Translations under genes and position numbers: made by a program
The notes under the pieces: generated by a model
Told to the model about the DNA's origin: nothing
The model's database searches: none
The model's input: the letters and a program-made list of their open reading frames with translations, nothing else
In this document: positions 21,249 to 31,566 of the stretch, piece after piece
Numbering within the stretch: position 1 is the first letter of the stretch
How the letters are laid out: each line of letters begins with the position of its first letter
From: an uncultured Gammaproteobacteria bacterium
GTDB lineage: Bacteria; Pseudomonadota; Gammaproteobacteria; UBA9214
DNA: 64,000 bases
Direction: 5' to 3'
Assembly: GCA_963827755.1 (NCBI GenBank)
Contig: CAWHCQ010000021.1
Span: 1 to 64,000 of the forward strand

Positions 21249-22028
21249 CTATATATCCAGCCTTACCTCGATCCCGCGACCTGCCATGTACTGTTTCGCC
21301 TCCGCCACGGTGTATTCACCAAAATGGAAGATACTGGCGGCAAGCACCGCATCAGCCTTTCCTTCCAGCACTCCCTCGGCCAGGTGGTCCAGGTTACCGA
21401 CACCGCCGGATGCTATGACCGGGACTTCAACTGCCCCGGAAACAGCGCGTGTTAATGCAAGATCGAAACCGTCCCGTGTTCCGTCCCGGTCCATACTGGT
21501 CAACAGGATTTCCCCGGCGCCATAGGCGACCATGCGCTGCGCCCATTCGACCGCATCGATGCCGGTCGGCTTGCGCCCGCCATGGGTGAATATTTCCCAG
21601 CGCTGCGGCTCGCCCGCAGCACTCACCTGCTTGGCGTCAATGGCGACGACAATGCACTGCGAGCCAAATCTTTGTGCGGCTTCCTTTACAAATTCGGGAT
21701 TGAAGACAGCGGCGGTATTAATGCCTATCTTGTCGGCACCGGCGTTCAGCATACGCTGGATATCGGCAACCTCCCGAATACCCCCGCCTACCGTCAGTGG
21801 AATAAATACCTCGCCCGCCACCTGCTCAACCACGTGGACCATGGTTTCACGCTGGTCCGAACTTGCCGTGATATCCAGGAAGGTCAACTCGTCTGCGCCT
21901 TCCTCGTCATAACGCCGCGCAACCTCCACCGGGTCACCGGCATCGCGAATGTCAACAAACTGCACACCCTTGACCACACGTCCCGCATCTACATCGAGGC
22001 ATGGAATTATGCGCTTTGCGAGACCCAT
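21249..22028 (-). CDS. hisF: Imidazole glycerol phosphate synthase cyclase subunit
   Basis: [18 protein letters not shown] and [10 protein letters not shown]. Confidence 0.97.
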   Translation of the reverse strand: MGLAKRIIPCLDVDAGRVVKGVQFVDIRDAGDPVEVARRYDEEGADELTFLDITASSDQRETMVHVVEQVAGEVFIPLTVGGGIREVADIQRMLNAGADKIGINTAAVFNPEFVKEAAQRFGSQCIVVAIDAKQVSAAGEPQRWEIFTHGGRKPTGIDAVEWAQRMVAYGAGEILLTSMDRDGTRDGFDLALTRAVSGAVEVPVIASGGVGNLDHLAEGVLEGKADAVLAASIFHFGEYTVAEAKQYMAGRGIEVRLDI

Positions 22029-22035
22029 CCGGATT

Positions 22036-22785
22036 TTATTCCTGCGTGGTCGCGCACAATTCATCGGCAAGCTTCTGGCCCGCGGCCAGGTCAAGCGTAC
22101 CTTCATAGATTGCCCGCCCGGTTATCGCACCCATAATACCTTCTTCATGCACCATGCAGAGTGCACGAATATCATCGATACCGGTAATCCCGCCCGATGC
22201 AATGACCGGGATACGGATTGCCTGCGCGAGTTCAACGGTGGAATCAACATTGACGCCGCTCATCATCCCGTCGCGCCCGATATCCGTGAAGACCACGGCC
22301 TCCACGCCATCCTGCTCGAAGCGCAGCGCCAGTTCGACGACCGAGTGATGTGACAACTTGGACCAGCCATCGATGGCCACCTTGCCGTCTTTTGAATCCA
22401 GTCCGACGATAATATGGCCGGGAAATTCGACACAAAGATCGTTGATAAAATGCGGCGCGCTCACCGCCTTCGTGCCGATTATGACGTACTGCACACCGGC
22501 ATCCAGGTATGCCTGCACAGTATCCTCATCGCGAATACCGCCACCGACCTGTATAGGCAGGTCGGGAAAGGCCCGCGCAACCGCCTTGATCACACCTGCA
22601 TTCACCGGCTTCCCCGCAAATGCGCCGTTCAGGTCAACCATATGCAGCCGGCGTGCACCGGCCTTTACCCAGCGCTCGGCAACCGCCACCGGGTCATCAC
22701 CAAAAACCGTTTCATCTTCCATCTTCCCCTGGCGCAGGCGCACACACTTACCGTCCTTGAGATCAATAGCAGGTATCAGCAACAT
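22036..22785 (-). CDS. hisA: ProFAR isomerase
   Basis: [24 protein letters not shown] and TDIGRDGM. Confidence 0.97.
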   Translation of the reverse strand: MLLIPAIDLKDGKCVRLRQGKMEDETVFGDDPVAVAERWVKAGARRLHMVDLNGAFAGKPVNAGVIKAVARAFPDLPIQVGGGIRDEDTVQAYLDAGVQYVIIGTKAVSAPHFINDLCVEFPGHIIVGLDSKDGKVAIDGWSKLSHHSVVELALRFEQDGVEAVVFTDIGRDGMMSGVNVDSTVELAQAIRIPVIASGGITGIDDIRALCMVHEEGIMGAITGRAIYEGTLDLAAGQKLADELCATTQE

Positions 22786-22788
22786 TTT

Positions 22789-23436
22789 TCAGTCTTCTCC
22801 ACTCCAGCTAACAAAATTGGACAGCAATTGCAGGCCGGTATGCTGGCTTTTTTCCGGGTGAAACTGTACTGCAAATACATTATCACGCGCTATTACCGAA
22901 GCAAAATCCAGTCCGTAGGGCGTGGTTGCCGCAACATCATCTTTCTGTGCGGGCGCTGCGTAATAACTGTGGACAAAATAGAAGCGGCTGTCCATCGGGA
23001 TACCCTTCCACATGGAATGTTCGCCACGCTGATGCACCTGGTTCCAGCCCATGTGCGGAATCTTGAGTGTATTACCATCCGCGGGGTCCCGCATACCCCG
23101 GGGAAAGCGCACCACCTTGCCGGGTATCACAGCAAGGCAATCCACGCCCTCGTTCTCCTCGCTGACATCGAGCAATGCCTGCATGCCGAGGCACACTCCC
23201 AAAACAGGTTTTGTGCGGCACACTTCCGTGACCACCTCATCGAGACCCGAGCGCCGCAACTCGGCCATGCAATCCCGAATAGCACCAACGCCCGGGAACA
23301 CCACACGATCGGCCGCAACTATCATTTCCCGCACGCCGGTCACTATTACCCGGTTGCTGCCGGCAACGTGTTCCAGCGCCTTGGCAATGGAGTGCAGGTT
23401 CCCCATACCGTAGTCAATGATGGCAATAGAGGTCAT
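22789..23436 (-). CDS. hisH: Imidazole glycerol phosphate synthase glutaminase subunit
   Basis: DYGMGNL, PGVG, GVCLGMQ, PHMGWN and QFHPEKS. Confidence 0.97.
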   Translation of the reverse strand: MTSIAIIDYGMGNLHSIAKALEHVAGSNRVIVTGVREMIVAADRVVFPGVGAIRDCMAELRRSGLDEVVTEVCRTKPVLGVCLGMQALLDVSEENEGVDCLAVIPGKVVRFPRGMRDPADGNTLKIPHMGWNQVHQRGEHSMWKGIPMDSRFYFVHSYYAAPAQKDDVAATTPYGLDFASVIARDNVFAVQFHPEKSQHTGLQLLSNFVSWSGED

Positions 23437-23495
23437 ATCTGAATAAGCGAACTGTCAGTATCGATCTGCCGGCCTTCCCTGGCCTTCAGCCGGGT

Positions 23496-24089
23496 TTAAA
23501 GACTCCCCTTGGTAGAAGGCAGGCGGTCACCCATTGCCGTATCCACTTCAAGCGCCATGCGGACGGCACGACCAAATGCCTTGAAGATGGTTTCCGCAAT
23601 GTGGTGCGCGTTGTCACCGCGCAGGCTGTCAATGTGCAGCGTCACCAGGGCGTGATTACTGAAGCCCTGAAAGAACTCGTGAAACAGGTCCACATCAAAC
23701 TCACCTATGCGGGCACGCGGATAGACGACGTGATACTCCAGGCCCGGACGGCCCGAGAAGTCAATCACCACCCGCGACAAGGCCTCGTCCAGCGGCACAT
23801 AGGCGTGCCCGTAACGACGAATTCCGCGCTTGTCAGACAGTGCCCCGGCAAACGCCTGGCCGAGCGTAATACCGATATCCTCGACGGTGTGATGCGCGTC
23901 GATGTGCAAGTCACCCCTGGCGGTAATATCCATGTCAATCATGCCGTGGCGTGCCACCTGGTCCAGCATATGATCAAGAAACGGAATACCGGTTTCAAAC
24001 CGCGTCTTACCCGCTCCATCGAGATTCACCGTGACGCTGATTTGCGTTTCCAGTGTATTGCGATCGACTGTTGCTTTACGCTCCGCCAT
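23496..24089 (-). CDS. hisB: Imidazoleglycerol-phosphate dehydratase
   Basis: [21 protein letters not shown] and PSTKGSL. Confidence 0.97.
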   Translation of the reverse strand: MAERKATVDRNTLETQISVTVNLDGAGKTRFETGIPFLDHMLDQVARHGMIDMDITARGDLHIDAHHTVEDIGITLGQAFAGALSDKRGIRRYGHAYVPLDEALSRVVIDFSGRPGLEYHVVYPRARIGEFDVDLFHEFFQGFSNHALVTLHIDSLRGDNAHHIAETIFKAFGRAVRMALEVDTAMGDRLPSTKGSL

Positions 24090-24146
24090 AAAAAATACCA
24101 TTCATTTAACAAGGTTCAGGAATACAGAACCAATACTATCAGTTTA

Positions 24147-24593
24147 CTACGATGGATTGACCTCCAGCCAGAAAGTAACCGGGCCGTCATTGACCAGCGT
24201 AACCTGCATATCGGCCCCGAAGTGTCCGCATGCCACCGGTTCATGTGCCAGCCTCGCCTGCCTGACCAGCCCGGCAAACAGGCGCTCGCCCTCGGCAGGG
24301 CTGGCAGCCGTACTGAAGCCCGGGCGCATGCCGCTGCGGGTATCCGCTGCCAGGGTGAACTGTGGTACCAGCAATAATCCCCCGCCGGTATCTTTCAGGC
24401 TGAGATTCATCCTGCCGGCGGTATCGGCAAATACCCGGTAACCGAGCAGTCGTTCGAGCAGGCGTGCAGTTTCCCGGCTGCCGTCCCCCTGCTGCACACC
24501 GACCAGCACCAGCAGGCCCGCATGTATTTCAGCAATACGCTCGCCGCCGATCTCGACATGGGCACGGCGTACCCTTTGCAGCAGACCAATCAC
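24147..24593 (-). CDS. dtd: D-aminoacyl-tRNA deacylase
   Basis: GTG start overlapping the pip stop; LLQRV, PQFTL and NDGPVT. Confidence 0.94.
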   Translation of the reverse strand: MIGLLQRVRRAHVEIGGERIAEIHAGLLVLVGVQQGDGSRETARLLERLLGYRVFADTAGRMNLSLKDTGGGLLLVPQFTLAADTRSGMRPGFSTAASPAEGERLFAGLVRQARLAHEPVACGHFGADMQVTLVNDGPVTFWLEVNPS

Positions 24594-25540
24594 CGCAAAC
24601 GCGCTGCAAACTCGCAGGTGGCGGCGACCAGCGCAGCGACGATCCCGGGCTCGGTGGCCGAATGGCCGGCATCCTGGATGATCTGCAATTGCGATGCCGG
24701 CCATGCCTGGTGCAGGGCCCACGCCTGCTCCAGGGGACAGACGACGTCGTAACGGCCATGCACGATGACACCGGGAATGTTGTGCAGGCGATGCGCATCT
24801 TTCAGTATCTGGTCCGTTTCCAGGAAGCTGTCATTCATGAAATAGTGGCATTCAATCCGCGCCAGGCTCAGGGCCGTGTGCGCGTCGACAAAGTGATCAA
24901 CCACCTTCGCCTTCGGCAACAGCGTGGAGGCGCGTCCCTCCCACAGTGACCATGCCCTGGCGGCCGCCATACAGGCCAGCTCGTCACTGCCCGTCAGGCG
25001 CCGGTAGTAGGCACCCACCATGTCGCCCCGCTCGGACTCGGGGATGATGTTGCGGTAATCCTGCCAATGGTCCGGCAACAAAAAAGAAGCGCCATCCTGG
25101 TAGAACCAGTGTATGTCCCTTGGCCGGCACAGAAAGATACCGCGAAGCACAAGACCCAGTACCTTCTCCGCATGGGTTTGCGCATACACAAGCCCGAGCG
25201 TTGAACCCCATGACCCGCCAAATACCAGCCATTGATCAATACCCAGCGTGGTACGAATGGTTTCGATATCCGCAACCAGGTGTTGCGTCGTATTACTCTC
25301 CAGCACGGCGTGCGGGGTAGAGCGGCCGGTACCACGCTGGTCAAACAGGACGATCCGGTAGACATCCGGATCAAAAAACCGGCGGTGGTATGGCTCGCAA
25401 CCGGCACCGGGTCCACCATGCAGGAAGACCACCGGTACACCGTCAGCGCGGCCGCATTCCTCGACGTAGAGACGATGGCCTTGCGTTACAGTAATGGTAT
25501 GTGTCTGGTAGGGCTCAATCGGTGGAAACAGGGTTTTCAT
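24590..25540 (-). CDS. pip: Proline iminopeptidase
   Basis: HGGPG, FDQRG, GGSWG, GRYDVVCP and AGHS. Confidence 0.96.
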   Translation of the reverse strand: MKTLFPPIEPYQTHTITVTQGHRLYVEECGRADGVPVVFLHGGPGAGCEPYHRRFFDPDVYRIVLFDQRGTGRSTPHAVLESNTTQHLVADIETIRTTLGIDQWLVFGGSWGSTLGLVYAQTHAEKVLGLVLRGIFLCRPRDIHWFYQDGASFLLPDHWQDYRNIIPESERGDMVGAYYRRLTGSDELACMAAARAWSLWEGRASTLLPKAKVVDHFVDAHTALSLARIECHYFMNDSFLETDQILKDAHRLHNIPGVIVHGRYDVVCPLEQAWALHQAWPASQLQIIQDAGHSATEPGIVAALVAATCEFAARLR

Positions 25541-25577
25541 GTGAATAGCTTACATGGATTCTTTGCATGCGGGTCGT

Positions 25578-25663
25578 GTAGCCCGATGAAGCGCAGCGGA
25601 ATCCGGGAAACCCTTGCGCCGCTCAACCCGGATTTCGGCCCTGCGGGCCTGCATCCGGACTAC
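25578..25663. repeat. Inverted REP doublet (GTAG...CTAC, REPIN-like)
   Basis: gtagcccgatgaagcgcagcggaatccggg...cccggatttcggccctgcgggcctgcatccggactac. Confidence 0.75.
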
Positions 25664-25675
25664 GGAACTGCAGGC

Positions 25676-25713
25676 AAAAAAGAAGGGCGTGCAAGACACG
25701 CCCTTCTTTTTTT
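25676..25713. terminator. Bidirectional rho-independent terminator after the DsrE2 gene
   Basis: aaaaaagaagggcgtg-caaga-cacgcccttctttttt. Confidence 0.85.
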
Positions 25714-25748
25714 ACAACTGTAATCCGGGTTAGCGGATCTTGACAGGG

Positions 25749-26363
25749 TCAGATAAACAGGCAGACATCGGACTTCTGCGCGACCGGCAGGAACGATGTC
25801 GCACCGACGAAATCCGTCACCTCGGGAATAAACTCAGCGGCATCGAACCCGAAGACATCGACGGTCATCTGGCAGGCGACCATCTTCACATCGGCTTCAA
25901 GACACAGATCACGCAGTTCCTCGACCGTTGCCACACCCTTGTTCTTGAAGGTCTTCTTCATCAGGCCCGTGGCCACCTTCTCAAAACCCGGAACACCCGC
26001 CATCAGCAGGTTCGGCATCGGCCACTCGTAATCCTGAAACCACTTCGGACCAAACGGCATCTTCATCGGCATCGCCGGGTTACCCAGCGGGCTGATTTGA
26101 GCGGCAAGCTTCTTCTTCAGCAGCAACAGGCCGTAGAAGGTAAAAAAGATTTCCACTTCCCATCCAAGGGCGGCGGCTGTCGATGCCAGGATGAAGGGCG
26201 GGTAGGCCCAGTCAAGCGTGCCCTTGGTGGCGATGATGGACATGCTCGGTGTTTTGGACGCTGAAATTTCTTCAATCTTTTTCGGTAAAAGCTCATCCAG
26301 CTTTTTATCCAGCCACGCATCCAGTTGCGCATTTTCCTGAACATTCTCTGCTGTTGTTGACAT
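25749..26363 (-). CDS. dsrE2: DsrE2-type (DsrE/DsrF/DrsH-like) sulfur-relay protein
   Basis: TKGTLDWAYPPFILASTAAA, FFTFYGL, ACQMTVDVFG and a C-terminal LFI; RBS AAGGAG. Confidence 0.88.
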   Translation of the reverse strand: MSTTAENVQENAQLDAWLDKKLDELLPKKIEEISASKTPSMSIIATKGTLDWAYPPFILASTAAALGWEVEIFFTFYGLLLLKKKLAAQISPLGNPAMPMKMPFGPKWFQDYEWPMPNLLMAGVPGFEKVATGLMKKTFKNKGVATVEELRDLCLEADVKMVACQMTVDVFGFDAAEFIPEVTDFVGATSFLPVAQKSDVCLFI

Positions 26364-26579
26364 GCTGCTTCTCCTTACAAAAGACACCCCGCAACATCAA
26401 GTACGTCGAAGAATGCTTGGTTTAATGTATACACACGGAACAATATCCGTCGTAGTGTTCACACCTCGTCGTGCTGTTCTGAATATTATTCTGCTGCTGG
26501 CTACACAACACGGTGACGGGACAGCGGTTATATTCAATTTTCATTATATTCTCTGCCCTTAGGCGGGTCAATTTGCCCG

Positions 26580-27005
26580 CTAGCACTGCTCCCAGGGCAG
26601 GCCATGGAAGCGCCAGCCGCCGACCGTGCTGCGATGGTGCGTAGCGTCCAGCTCACCCTCGAATCCCTCGTCTATGTTGTACACTTCCGTAAATTCATTT
26701 TTAATCAATAATTTACCAGCCTCCAGAGAGCGCTTGCCACTGCGACAGATGAGGATTACGGGCGCGTCGCCCGAATGCACCCCGGCACCGATACCGCCAA
26801 GCATCACCTTGCGCACCTCGGTAATAAAATTCGCATTGACGGTCCAGTCCGGTGCATCGATCCAGGGGACATGAACGCTGCCCTGCGGGTGGCCGACAAA
26901 CAGGTACTCCATGCTTGAGCGCACATCAATTAATACAACCCTTTGATTTTTCTGTGCTAAATCCCATGCTTGTGTGGGTGTAACAGATTTTACCTCAACG
27001 GCCAT
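26580..27005 (-). CDS. Rhodanese-like sulfurtransferase
   Basis: LIDVRS..EY..VGHP, active loop CRSGKRS, GFEG and GWRFHGLPWEQC. Confidence 0.92.
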   Translation of the reverse strand: MAVEVKSVTPTQAWDLAQKNQRVVLIDVRSSMEYLFVGHPQGSVHVPWIDAPDWTVNANFITEVRKVMLGGIGAGVHSGDAPVILICRSGKRSLEAGKLLIKNEFTEVYNIDEGFEGELDATHHRSTVGGWRFHGLPWEQC

Positions 27006-27424
27006 ACCTTCCTCCTGTTAGTCCTCGAGGCGGTCACCTCAAGCCGACACCACGCCATTCTCATGCCAAGCGGCCCTTGAGGCAACCAGGCAATCGAACA
27101 ACGGACGGTGAAGTACCATGAACACGCTTGCCCCGACCGGTTAAACTGGAAGGTGTAGCGGATAGATGGAATCATGTGGCCGCTTTCGTACCACGACTAT
27201 TTGCAGGATTCTCAGCCGGGAGCTACCATCAGGTTTGATAAAAAAACCTAGATGAACTTGAAAATATCGCAAGGATCAGGCAAATAACCACACAAATATG
27301 GCAATATTAGCTCAATAATGTAAATTTTTTACCACTATCGATGTATTTATTTGTATGTGTTGAATAATTTCTTTATATGTACATATAAAAGACTTGAGTG
27401 GGAAATATTGACCGATTTAGCGCC

Positions 27425-28303
27425 ATGAAAATCATTGTTATAAAAATTTCCCTCTATATCAGTGCCTTCCTGCCCTTGCCGGTATCCCATGGCCTGGGGT
27501 ATCTGGCTGGCTGGGGTCTGTTCCTGTTTCCGAGCCACTCCCGGCGTATCATGCAAATCAACCTTGCCTTGTGCCTGCCGGCACTCAGCGCCGGTGAGCA
27601 GCGTAAACTGGTCCGCAAAAGCCTTATCGAGATGTGCAAAACCGTATTCGAGGTGGGCGCCCTGTGGCTGCGGCCCGGAAAAAAGACCCTGCGGCTGATA
27701 AAGAAAACGACGGGCAACGAACTGGTTGACGTGGCGCTGGCCGCAGGCAAGGGGGTTATTCTTGCATCACCCCACCAGGGAGCATGGGAGGCGGCGGGCC
27801 TTTACTGCGCCGCACACTATAACTATACGGTTCTTTACCGCCCGCTTAAAATGCAACAGCTCGATGCCCTGGTAACCCGGGCACGCAGCAGGATGGGTGG
27901 TCATCTTGTACCTGCAAATGCCGGCGGCATCCGCACTCTCAGCAAAACGCTCAAACAGGGAAGGGCTGTTGCCATGCTGCCCGATCAGGAGCCGCTTGCA
28001 GGCAGCGGTGTATTCGCACCGTATTTCGGCATACCGGCCTACAGCATGGTCTTTCTTGGCCGGCTGGCCGAAAAATCCGGGGCAGCGGTGATCTTTGTCT
28101 GGTGTGAACGCCTTGCATGGGGTCGCGGTTATCACCTGCATTTCCGGGAGGTGCCGGCAGGCGTGTACTCGGCAGACCCGGTTGTGTCGGCAACGGCCGT
28201 GAACCAGGTTGTCGAAGACTGTGCGCGCACCAACCTTGCGCAATACCAGTGGAGTTACCGGCGTTTTCGCAGACGCCCCGAGGGAGAGCAGGAATTCTAT
28301 TGA
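27425..28303 (+). CDS. Lipid A late acyltransferase (LpxL/HtrB family)
   Basis: PHQGAWE, LPDQEP and QYQWSYRRF. Confidence 0.88.
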   Translation: MKIIVIKISLYISAFLPLPVSHGLGYLAGWGLFLFPSHSRRIMQINLALCLPALSAGEQRKLVRKSLIEMCKTVFEVGALWLRPGKKTLRLIKKTTGNELVDVALAAGKGVILASPHQGAWEAAGLYCAAHYNYTVLYRPLKMQQLDALVTRARSRMGGHLVPANAGGIRTLSKTLKQGRAVAMLPDQEPLAGSGVFAPYFGIPAYSMVFLGRLAEKSGAAVIFVWCERLAWGRGYHLHFREVPAGVYSADPVVSATAVNQVVEDCARTNLAQYQWSYRRFRRRPEGEQEFY

Positions 28304-28306
28304 TTG

Positions 28307-28633
28307 CTAGCGGGCATCCAGCGCCTTCTGCACGCGCTTGAGAAAGACTTTCATCTCCTTTGCCGCCTGCACATCGCCGTGACGCTCTGCAGCGCTGATA
28401 CCGGACTCGAATGCAGCCTGCGCCTCGTCAAGATTCCCGAGTGCATGCAGGGCCCTGGCGTAGATTTTCCAGGCCGCCGAGTAATCCGGGTCGAGGCTTA
28501 CGGCCGTGCGCAAATGCGAGACCGCTTGCGCTGCATCACCTTGCTTGAAGAAGGCGCTGCCGAGTGTAAATCGCAGCAAGGCATTATCCTGCCCGGCCTC
28601 GAGCATCGCTTCCAGGTTTTCGATCATGGCCAT
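28307..28633 (-). CDS. Tetratricopeptide repeat protein
   Basis: DNALLRFTLG...DPDYSAAWK...GDVQAAKEMKVFLKR. Confidence 0.85.
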   Translation of the reverse strand: MAMIENLEAMLEAGQDNALLRFTLGSAFFKQGDAAQAVSHLRTAVSLDPDYSAAWKIYARALHALGNLDEAQAAFESGISAAERHGDVQAAKEMKVFLKRVQKALDAR

Positions 28634-28638
28634 GCTGA

Positions 28639-30090
28639 CTAGCGCCGCCAGAAAGCCCGGGTAAACATGACCAGTATGGTGAATACCTCCAGGCGCCCAA
28701 GCATCATGGCAAAGGATAGTGCCCACTTCGCAGGATCATTGATGTTGACATAATTGGCGCCCACATCGGCCAGGCCGGGCCCGAGATTGTTCATGCAGGC
28801 GGCCACTGCCGAGAATGCGGTGTCCTGATCAAGACCGGTCGCCATGAGAAACAGCATGATAACGACGAAACTGCCGACATAGGCCGCAAAAAATCCCCAC
28901 ACGGCATTGATCACGCGGTCCTGTACGGGCTTGGAGTCCACCTTGACCGGAATCTGGGCATTGGGGTGGATCAGGCGGATGGTTTCCCGGTGACCCTGTT
29001 TAACCAGCAGCAGGAAACGAATGACCTTCATGCCACCACCGGTAGAGCCTGCGCAACCACCGATAAAGCTGGCAAACAGCAACAGTACCGGGAGGAAACC
29101 CGGCCAGTCGAAATAGTCTGCCGTGGTAAACCCGGTAGTGGTGCCTATGGAAACGGCCTGGAACAATCCGGCATGCATGGCATCGCTGAAGAAAATAAAG
29201 GTATCCGTATAGTACAAATACCCGACGGTGACTGCCGTCACCAGGAACAAGATGACAATGTAGGCCCGGGCCTCGCTGTCAAACAGATAAGGCCTTAAGC
29301 TGAAACTGCGCCATGCAATAAAATGCAAAGCAAAATTCATCCCGGCCAGCAGCATGAACACGATGGCTATCTCCTCGATGGTGGAACTGTGGAAATACCC
29401 GATGCTGAGGTCGTGGGTCGAGAAACCGCCGATGGCAATGGTTGAAAAACTGTGGCCGATGGCATCGAAGGCGCTCATTCCAGCCATCCAGTAAGCCACC
29501 CCGCAGGCAACAGTCAGGCCCACGTAGATATACCAGAGTGCCTTGGCTGTTTCGGTGATACGCGGCGTCAGCTTGGCATCCTTGTGCGGTCCCGGCGCCT
29601 CGGCACGATACAGTTGCATACCGCCGATACCCAGCATTGGCATGATTGCAACTGCCAGCACGATGATACCCATGCCACCCAGCCACTGCAGTTGCTGACG
29701 GTAGTAAAGAATGGAATGCGGCAGGGCATCCAGACCGGTGATAACCGTTGCGCCCGTGGTAGTCAGCCCTGAAAAAGACTCGAAGACGGCATCGGTGACA
29801 GACAATACCGGGTGGTCTGCCAGCACGAAGGGCACTGCACCTGCGAGGCCCAGCACAAACCAGAACAGCACGACTATCAGGAAGCCGTCGCGTACCCGCA
29901 AGTCATCCCTGTAATTCATGGCGGGCAGCCACATCAGGAAACCCAGCAGCAGCACCATGAATGTCGCTGTCAAAAAAACCTGGATCTGGCCGTCCTGGTA
30001 TAACCAGGCTACCAGGACGGGTGGAAACAGGGTAAAGCTGAAAATCATCAGCAGGATACCGAGCAGCCGTTGTATGGAGAGTATGCGCAT
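28639..30090 (-). CDS. trkH: Trk potassium uptake membrane protein
   Basis: SGLTTTGAT, WLGGMG, GGFS, GGCAGSTGGG, NNLGPG and GRLE. Confidence 0.96.
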   Translation of the reverse strand: MRILSIQRLLGILLMIFSFTLFPPVLVAWLYQDGQIQVFLTATFMVLLLGFLMWLPAMNYRDDLRVRDGFLIVVLFWFVLGLAGAVPFVLADHPVLSVTDAVFESFSGLTTTGATVITGLDALPHSILYYRQQLQWLGGMGIIVLAVAIMPMLGIGGMQLYRAEAPGPHKDAKLTPRITETAKALWYIYVGLTVACGVAYWMAGMSAFDAIGHSFSTIAIGGFSTHDLSIGYFHSSTIEEIAIVFMLLAGMNFALHFIAWRSFSLRPYLFDSEARAYIVILFLVTAVTVGYLYYTDTFIFFSDAMHAGLFQAVSIGTTTGFTTADYFDWPGFLPVLLLFASFIGGCAGSTGGGMKVIRFLLLVKQGHRETIRLIHPNAQIPVKVDSKPVQDRVINAVWGFFAAYVGSFVVIMLFLMATGLDQDTAFSAVAACMNNLGPGLADVGANYVNINDPAKWALSFAMMLGRLEVFTILVMFTRAFWRR

Positions 30091-30134
30091 ATTTCAGGCG
30101 TGGCAGCCGGATACGGAGAGTCGCAGCACACGCA

Positions 30135-31508
30135 TCAGAAGAAGGTAACCCCGACCTGGAAAAGACGCTCGACTTCCTGGATGCATTTCTTGTTGGAAAG
30201 AAACAGGATGACATGGTCATCACTTTCTATCACCGTATCATGATGCGCGATGATTACCTCTTCACCGCGCACGATCGCACCGATCGTTGTCCCCCGGGGC
30301 AGCTTGATATCCTCTATTGCACGGCCAACCACCCTGGAACTGTCATGATCGCCATGCGCAACGGCTTCAATAGCCTCTGCTGCACCGCGCCGCAGCGAGT
30401 GGACCATAACCACATCGCCGCGGCGGATATGCGTCAGCAGGCTGCCAATCGTCGCCTGTTGCGGTGAAATCGCGACATCGATCGTTTCACTCTCGACCAG
30501 GTCCACGTAAGACGCCCGGTTGATCAATGACATCACCTTGCGTGCGCCGAGACGCTTGGCCAGCATGGCGGACAATATGTTGGCCTCCTCGTCATTGGTA
30601 AGCGCACAGAAAACATCCGTATTTTCGATATTCTCTTCCAGCAGCAGTTCCCTGTCCGCCGCATCACCGAGCAACACCATTGTCCTGTCGAGATTTTCCG
30701 ACAAACGCCGGGCATGCTCTGCATTACGCTCGATAATCTTGAGCTGATACTGATTCTCGATCGCGGCGGCGAGACGCATGCCGATATTGCCACCACCCGC
30801 CAGGATGACGCGCCTGACCGGTTTTTCCGTCTTGCGTATTTCACTCATTACAGCCCGGATATGCTCGCGCGCCGCGAGGAAAAATACCTCGTCATCAACC
30901 TCGATGATCGTCTTGCCTGTCGGTGTAATCGGCTTGCCCTTGCGAAAAATTGCTGCAACGCGGGCATCGATGCCAGGCATATGCTTCTTCATGTCGCTCA
31001 ATTCATGACCGACCAATGGACCGCCGTGATAGGCGCGCACCGCTACCAGCTGGACACGGCCTCCGGCAAAATCCAGCACCTGCAGGGCGCCGGGATGCTC
31101 GATCAGCCTTTCAATGTAGTCTGTCACCAGTTGTTCGGGACTGATGAGTACATCCACCGGCAGAGCTTCCTGCGCAAACAGGCGCAGATATTTCAGATAC
31201 TCGATCGAACGTACGCGGGCAATCTTGGTTGGTGTATGAAACAGTGTGTAGGCTACCTGGCAGGCGATCATGTTGGTTTCGTCATTGCGGGTCACCGCGA
31301 TGATCATGTCGGCATCCTCGCCGCCCGCACGCATCAAAGTATCAGGATGCGATGCATGACCTTTAAGAATGCGAATATCAAACCGGTCCTTCAAATCATC
31401 GAGAACGGTTTCATCTTCATCGATGACCGTTACATCATTCGCCTCGCTGGCCAGATTTTCGGCAACCGATGCACCGACCTGGCCGGCGCCAAGAATAATA
31501 ATCTTCAT
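30135..31508 (-). CDS. trkA: Trk potassium uptake NAD-binding subunit
   Basis: [12 protein letters not shown]; two RCK domains. Confidence 0.97.
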   Translation of the reverse strand: MKIIILGAGQVGASVAENLASEANDVTVIDEDETVLDDLKDRFDIRILKGHASHPDTLMRAGGEDADMIIAVTRNDETNMIACQVAYTLFHTPTKIARVRSIEYLKYLRLFAQEALPVDVLISPEQLVTDYIERLIEHPGALQVLDFAGGRVQLVAVRAYHGGPLVGHELSDMKKHMPGIDARVAAIFRKGKPITPTGKTIIEVDDEVFFLAAREHIRAVMSEIRKTEKPVRRVILAGGGNIGMRLAAAIENQYQLKIIERNAEHARRLSENLDRTMVLLGDAADRELLLEENIENTDVFCALTNDEEANILSAMLAKRLGARKVMSLINRASYVDLVESETIDVAISPQQATIGSLLTHIRRGDVVMVHSLRRGAAEAIEAVAHGDHDSSRVVGRAIEDIKLPRGTTIGAIVRGEEVIIAHHDTVIESDDHVILFLSNKKCIQEVERLFQVGVTFF

Positions 31509-31566
31509 TTAGTAAAACACCATCAACGGGTCATTTATTTCCCGGTCAGGATCCAGGCCTGCACTG

